This document shows, one piece after another, positions 60,334-64,000 of a stretch of 64,000 nt of DNA (position 1 is its first letter; the number at the start of each line of letters is the position of its first letter). The DNA is from Planctomycetota bacterium (GTDB lineage Bacteria; Planctomycetota; UBA1135; UBA2386): contig JBKAGP010000001.1 in NCBI GenBank assembly GCA_046290465.1, forward strand, positions 2,080,001-2,144,000, in the 5' to 3' direction. The notes beneath the pieces are model-generated. The model worked only from the letters and a program-made list of their open reading frames with translations, was not told the origin of the DNA and made no database searches. Both the position numbers and the translations under genes were made by a program.

Positions 60334-61023
60334 CTAGCGAGCACTCAGCCAAACAGAGTATCCCCAGACCGTGAGCAGGATCGTCAGGTTGCATGTCACA
60401 TGCGCGATGATTGGCACCACAACCCCACCCGTCCGCAGCCGCAGCGCGCCCATCATCACGGCGAACACTCCATAGCCGGCCGCGATCCCGATGCTGCTTG
60501 GATGGTGCGGGAGCACGAACAGGACTGATGTCAGGATCAGCGGCAACCATGAACTGCGGGCCAAGCTCTCGGCTGCAACCCACTCGAGCCCTCGACTTGT
60601 GAACTCCTCGGTCACCGGACCGAGAAGCCCAATCACGAGCCACACTACCCAAACAGTGGGATACGAATCCTCCGGACCGGCAGTCGCCATGGTCTGCCCC
60701 ATGAGGAACATGCATCCGTAACCCGCTAGGCCGACCAAGAAGCCGAGCAAGCAATCCCGCTTGCTCGGCTGCCTCCCCCAACTCATGCGGAGCCCAACTC
60801 GCCCGAACAAGGGGTAGGCCGCCAAGAGCAAGATGAAGGGCTGAAGGCGCAGGAACAACTCTCCCAGAGCAGAGGCTGGGTATTCACTCCATCCCCAGTC
60901 CGGAACAATCGTGTGCCAAGCAACAATCGCGACGGCCCACACAAGGACTGCAAGCCAACGCCAGCGGGCAGGCCCATCACCGGAGTTGCAATGACGAACA
61001 CTTGTTGGCGATGCCGCTACCAT
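60334..61023 (-). CDS. gene cassette: CPBP family intramembrane protease
   Basis: GPVTEEFTSRG, FVLPH, HVTCN; bounded by attC sites; lower GC than the host backbone. Confidence 0.75.
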   Translation of the reverse strand: MVAASPTSVRHCNSGDGPARWRWLAVLVWAVAIVAWHTIVPDWGWSEYPASALGELFLRLQPFILLLAAYPLFGRVGLRMSWGRQPSKRDCLLGFLVGLAGYGCMFLMGQTMATAGPEDSYPTVWVVWLVIGLLGPVTEEFTSRGLEWVAAESLARSSWLPLILTSVLFVLPHHPSSIGIAAGYGVFAVMMGALRLRTGGVVVPIIAHVTCNLTILLTVWGYSVWLSAR

Positions 61024-61027
61024 GCCT

Positions 61028-61091
61028 GCCCAACGTCTCAGGACGCTCACCTGCGGCGCGAAGCGCCGTCAGGTGCTGCGTCGAGTTGGGC
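61028..61091 (-). mobile_element. attC site
   Basis: GCCCAAC GTCTCAGGACGCTCACCTG CGGCGC GAA GCGCCG T CAGGTG CT GCGTC GA GTTGGGC; 64 bp. Confidence 0.9.
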
Positions 61092-61107
61092 AGCCTACCA
61101 ACAACCG

Positions 61108-61326
61108 CTACTCGCTGCTGCCGTCTCTGCCGGGATCGCTGGCCCTCACGAACAGGCCGACCAACCAAAGAACGGCGCCGAGGGACGCGCCGACCGCCGC
61201 GAGGACGACCAAGCCGCAGGGGTTGCTGTCTTCTGTCCAACCGAGCGCATCCGTCAGACATACCAGCAAGAAGGGTAGGAGCGATGCGGCGATGATGATC
61301 AAGCCAACGATGCTCAGCCTGGACAT
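61108..61326 (-). CDS. gene cassette: 72-aa two-TM protein
   Basis: Single ORF filling the space between two attC sites. Confidence 0.6.
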   Translation of the reverse strand: MSRLSIVGLIIIAASLLPFLLVCLTDALGWTEDSNPCGLVVLAAVGASLGAVLWLVGLFVRASDPGRDGSSE

Positions 61327-61347
61327 GGAGTGCGCGCGCAGGGGCCT

Positions 61348-61411
61348 GCCCAACGTCTTTGGTCTCTCAGCTGCGAGCCGCAGGCTCGTCTGCTGCTGAG
61401 ACTAGTTAGAC
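61348..61411 (-). mobile_element. attC site
   Basis: GCCCAAC...CAGC TG CGAGCC GCA GGCTCG TCT GCTG...GTTAGAC; 64 bp; the cassette stop TAA lies within the R'' box. Confidence 0.9.
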
Positions 61412-61723
61412 ACCGCTCGTGCCCGCTTGGTCAACCCGGCAACGGAACGCGAGGGTGTGAATGTCGGCGAGATTGATCGACTCCCAGTCATCTGACGTGT
61501 GCACGCCGACCCGCAATGCGCCGGCATACACGTGTGTGCCATCTCGAGTGCACTCAAGCTCGACAGGCGATGCAGGCTCCGCGAAGCGTGTCTTGATCGT
61601 CCACGCGTGCCCGCCATGCCCCGTGATCTCGCTCGTCGCATCGCGACCAGCACAGGTCACGCACCCCCGCGCCAGCAACTGATCACCAGCAAAAAACCCA
61701 AGCTCGATGTGCATCGTTGGCAT
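61406..61723 (-). CDS. gene cassette: 105-aa hypothetical protein (duplicate copy B)
   Basis: Identical to 61793..62110; stop codon inside attC R''. Confidence 0.7.
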   Translation of the reverse strand: MPTMHIELGFFAGDQLLARGCVTCAGRDATSEITGHGGHAWTIKTRFAEPASPVELECTRDGTHVYAGALRVGVHTSDDWESINLADIHTLAFRCRVDQAGTSGV

Positions 61724-61734
61724 CGGTCGCGCGT

Positions 61735-61798
61735 GTCTAACGTCTTTGGTCTCTCAGCTGCGAGCCGCAGGCTCGTCTGCTGCTGAGACTAGTTAGAC
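61735..61798 (-). mobile_element. attC site
   Basis: GTCTAAC...GTTAGAC; 64 bp; internally identical to attC 61348-61411. Confidence 0.9.
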
Positions 61799-62110
61799 AC
61801 CGCTCGTGCCCGCTTGGTCAACCCGGCAACGGAACGCGAGGGTGTGAATGTCGGCGAGATTGATCGACTCCCAGTCATCTGACGTGTGCACGCCGACCCG
61901 CAATGCGCCGGCATACACGTGTGTGCCATCTCGAGTGCACTCAAGCTCGACAGGCGATGCAGGCTCCGCGAAGCGTGTCTTGATCGTCCACGCGTGCCCG
62001 CCATGCCCCGTGATCTCGCTCGTCGCATCGCGACCAGCACAGGTCACGCACCCCCGCGCCAGCAACTGATCACCAGCAAAAAACCCAAGCTCGATGTGCA
62101 TCGTTGGCAT
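61793..62110 (-). CDS. gene cassette: 105-aa hypothetical protein (duplicate copy A)
   Basis: MPTMHIELGFF...; flanked by attC sites. Confidence 0.7.
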   Translation of the reverse strand: MPTMHIELGFFAGDQLLARGCVTCAGRDATSEITGHGGHAWTIKTRFAEPASPVELECTRDGTHVYAGALRVGVHTSDDWESINLADIHTLAFRCRVDQAGTSGV

Positions 62111-62121
62111 CGGTCGCGCGT

Positions 62122-62185
62122 GTCTAACGTCTCAGGACGCTGAGCTGCGGCCCGAAGGGCCGTCAGCTCCTGCGTCGAGTTGGGC
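62122..62185 (-). mobile_element. attC site
   Basis: GTCTAAC GTCTCAGGACGCTGAGCTG CGGCCC GAA GGGCCG T CAGCTC CT GCGTC GA GTTGGGC; 64 bp. Confidence 0.9.
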
Positions 62186-62479
62186 AGGCTTGCGCCAAGC
62201 GCGAATGAGAAGCGCGAGCAGGCCTGAAAGCACGGAGGGAAAGCAGACGACTACGACACCGAACCAAAACGTCGACCAATTGCCCTGGGGGTAGATTAGA
62301 AGGCAAGACGGAGCCACGAGCCCGGCAGCGATCGCACCGCGACTCAACGCGATGGAACTTCTCGATCTTGTCCAGGCAAGGACAACCGCTGCTATTCCGC
62401 AGGTGCAACCGATTCCGGCTACGGCAAGCAGGCAGAAGCCCGCCAGCACCAACTCGCCATCCGGAAGCTCTGCAGCCAT
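62132..62479 (-). CDS. first gene cassette: three-TM hypothetical protein
   Basis: ATG at 62479 preceded by AGGTG, 12 nt after the attI core; the ORF reads through most of its own attC. Confidence 0.6.
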   Translation of the reverse strand: MAAELPDGELVLAGFCLLAVAGIGCTCGIAAVVLAWTRSRSSIALSRGAIAAGLVAPSCLLIYPQGNWSTFWFGVVVVCFPSVLSGLLALLIRAWRKPAQLDAGADGPSGRSSAS

Positions 62480-62491
62480 TTCACCTGCTCT

Positions 62492-62515
62492 GCCCAACTA
62501 GTCTTAGGCAGCGAA
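62492..62515 (-). mobile_element. candidate attI site
   Basis: Minus strand reads TCGCTGCCTAAGACTA-GTTGGGC: a GTTRRRY core with a degenerate L box and no attC-type hairpin partner, between intI and the first cassette. It resembles the class 1 attI GCCCTAAAACAAAGTT. Confidence 0.7.
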
Positions 62516-62540
62516 CCGAATCCCGCCACCACCGCCGGAC

Positions 62541-62568
62541 ATGCTAACCCGCACCCCCATCGCCGCAA
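62541..62568 (-). promoter_or_regulatory. candidate cassette promoter Pc
   Basis: TTGCGG-N16-TAGCAT on the minus strand between the intI stop and attI. Confidence 0.4.
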
Positions 62569-62587
62569 CCCGCGCCAACAACTCCAC

Positions 62588-63613
62588 CTACCGATCCCAA
62601 TCCTCGGCAGGAGGTTCGACAGGTCTGTCTAATCCCGGGTCGTCTTCGACGACGCGGTCCAGGGGGCTTCGGACACCCAGGGGGCCGCGACCGAGGATGT
62701 GGGTGTAGATCATCGTCGTCCGAACGTCCTTGTGGCCCAGGAGGGTCTGGATGGTGCGGATGTCGTAGCCGTCTTCGAGGAGGTGGGTCGCAAAGCTGTG
62801 GCGGAGGGTGTGCGGGGTGACGCGCTTGGTCAGGCCGGCTTCGCGCGTGGCGCGGGTGAAGTCGCGTTGCACGACGGTCTCGTGGAGATGGTGGCGGCGG
62901 AGCTGGCCAGATCCTTGGTGCTGGTAGGTGCGCGTCGCAGGGAAGACCCACTGCCAGGGCCAGGAACGGTCGGCGCCGCGCAGTTTGGTGGCCAGGGCGT
63001 TCGGCAATTCGACGTGGCCCGCGCCTCGATCGAGATCGCGCTCCCACTGCAGACGCACAAAGGTCAGATGCCGGCGCAGCGGCTCGTGCACGGGATCCGG
63101 CAACAGGGTCTGGCGGTCCTTGTCCCCCTTGCCTTGGCGCACGACGAGCACCTTGCGGTGCCAGTCGAGGTCCTTGACGCGCAATCGCAACGCCTCGAGC
63201 AGGCGCAGTCCAGAGCCGTAGAGCAGGCGGCCGATGAGGTCGGATGGATGCGCGAGGCGACCGAGAAGGGTTCGGACCTCCGGCCGGGCGAGCACCGTCG
63301 GCAGGCGCTTGGGGCGACGAGCGCGCTCGAGTCCATCGAGCCACGGGAGCTCGATCCGGAGCACGCGCCGGTAGAGATAGAGCAGCGCACTCAGAGCCTG
63401 ATTCTGGGTCGCGGCGGCGACCTCCATGGTGACGGCGAGGTGATTCAGGAAGCGCTCGACGTCGGGGGCGCCCAGCTCCCGCGGGTGGCGCATGCTCGAG
63501 AAGCGGATGAACCGCTCGATCCAATCGCAGTAGGCGCGCTCGGTGCGCACGCTCTTGTGCTCTCGCCGCATCGCGATGCGAGCCTGTTCGAGCAGTCGCG
63601 GTTCGTCACCCAT
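62588..63613 (-). CDS. intI: integron integrase
   Basis: Tyrosine recombinase residues (GSGLRLLE, KGDKDR, HTLRHSFATH, LLGH...TTMIYTH) plus the IntI-specific insertion VELPNALATK...WPWQWVFPA and TQNQALSALLYLY. Confidence 0.96.
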   Translation of the reverse strand: MGDEPRLLEQARIAMRREHKSVRTERAYCDWIERFIRFSSMRHPRELGAPDVERFLNHLAVTMEVAAATQNQALSALLYLYRRVLRIELPWLDGLERARRPKRLPTVLARPEVRTLLGRLAHPSDLIGRLLYGSGLRLLEALRLRVKDLDWHRKVLVVRQGKGDKDRQTLLPDPVHEPLRRHLTFVRLQWERDLDRGAGHVELPNALATKLRGADRSWPWQWVFPATRTYQHQGSGQLRRHHLHETVVQRDFTRATREAGLTKRVTPHTLRHSFATHLLEDGYDIRTIQTLLGHKDVRTTMIYTHILGRGPLGVRSPLDRVVEDDPGLDRPVEPPAEDWDR

Positions 63614-63707
63614 GCCGTGACAGGGGCCCGGACGCGTCAACGGTGGCGAACTTTTTTCGGGAAGCCGGCGGAGGCCAGTGCCTGCGTCGTGGTCGCCGGG
63701 GAGCCCG

Positions 63708-63947
63708 TCAGGCGCTCGCCGCCGGCTCCAGCTCCGCGCGCTTGTCCTGCAGCGCAGCCACGACCAACTCGTGCATGCCGTCGCCGCCGGCCTCGTCGAA
63801 GCGGGCCAGCAGCTCGCGGCGCATGCGCGGCTCCCAGAACTTCTTGATGTGGCCCGCGGTGCCGGCGATGGCCTCGGCGCGGTCGGGTTCGCTCTGGAAG
63901 TAGGAGGCGATCTGGTTCGCCATCGTGATCAGCTTGTCGGCGTTCAT
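63708..63947 (-). CDS. fdsD: formate dehydrogenase subunit delta
   Basis: KLITMANQIA...F...HIKKFWEPRMR motif. Confidence 0.88.
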   Translation of the reverse strand: MNADKLITMANQIASYFQSEPDRAEAIAGTAGHIKKFWEPRMRRELLARFDEAGGDGMHELVVAALQDKRAELEPAASA

Positions 63948-64000
63948 CCGTTCTGCTCCTCGCCGTCGGTAGCGAACGCCTCGCGGGCGAGCTTCTCCTG
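63944..64000 (-). CDS. 3' end of upstream gene (probably a formate dehydrogenase operon gene), partial
   Basis: ...QEKLAREAFATDGEEQNG* with ATGA overlap onto fdsD. Identity inferred from context only. Confidence 0.4.
   Translation of the reverse strand, partial: QEKLAREAFATDGEEQNG

Noticed and set aside
60252..62185. Possible CRISPR or REP array
   Set aside because: The repeats have RYYYAAC/GTTRRRY ends and extrahelical bases, are separated by gene-sized ORFs and lie next to intI, so they are attC sites.
63647..63659. LexA box upstream of intI (CGAA-N5-TTCG)
   Set aside because: Matches neither CTGT-N8-ACAG nor GAAC-N4-GTTC, and is too short to call.

Overview
High-GC bacterial chromosome segment, most likely Planctomycetota. 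That assignment is inferred from the ECF sigma/Ser-Thr kinase pair, the GYF_2 protein, weak Shine-Dalgarno use and an inverted-type integron. From left to right the window holds: (1) a YtrA-type GntR/ABC operon, an S9 peptidase and a small membrane-protein operon; (2) an FG-GAP lipoprotein next to an ECF sigma factor and a Ser/Thr kinase whose start codons overlap head-to-head; (3) a housekeeping ftsH-cdaA-cdaR-like-glmM-tsaB operon; (4) a ~31-kb type VI secretion cluster (22739-53730) with all 13 core genes plus fha and tagF; (5) a GH20 hexosaminidase operon; (6) a reverse-orientation chromosomal integron with intI, a candidate Pc and attI, five clear 63-64-bp attC sites, one exactly duplicated cassette and a decayed distal region carrying an Imm35/YrhB-like immunity gene; (7) fdsD at the right edge. 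The best candidate for an undescribed system is the T6SS spike/effector module. It has an atypical VgrG, two DUF3540 proteins, DUF2169/pentapeptide proteins, a DUF4150 PAAR-like domain fused to an S41-type peptidase, and a trypsin-fold protein with all three catalytic residues substituted. All family calls come from motif recognition by eye, not from database searches.
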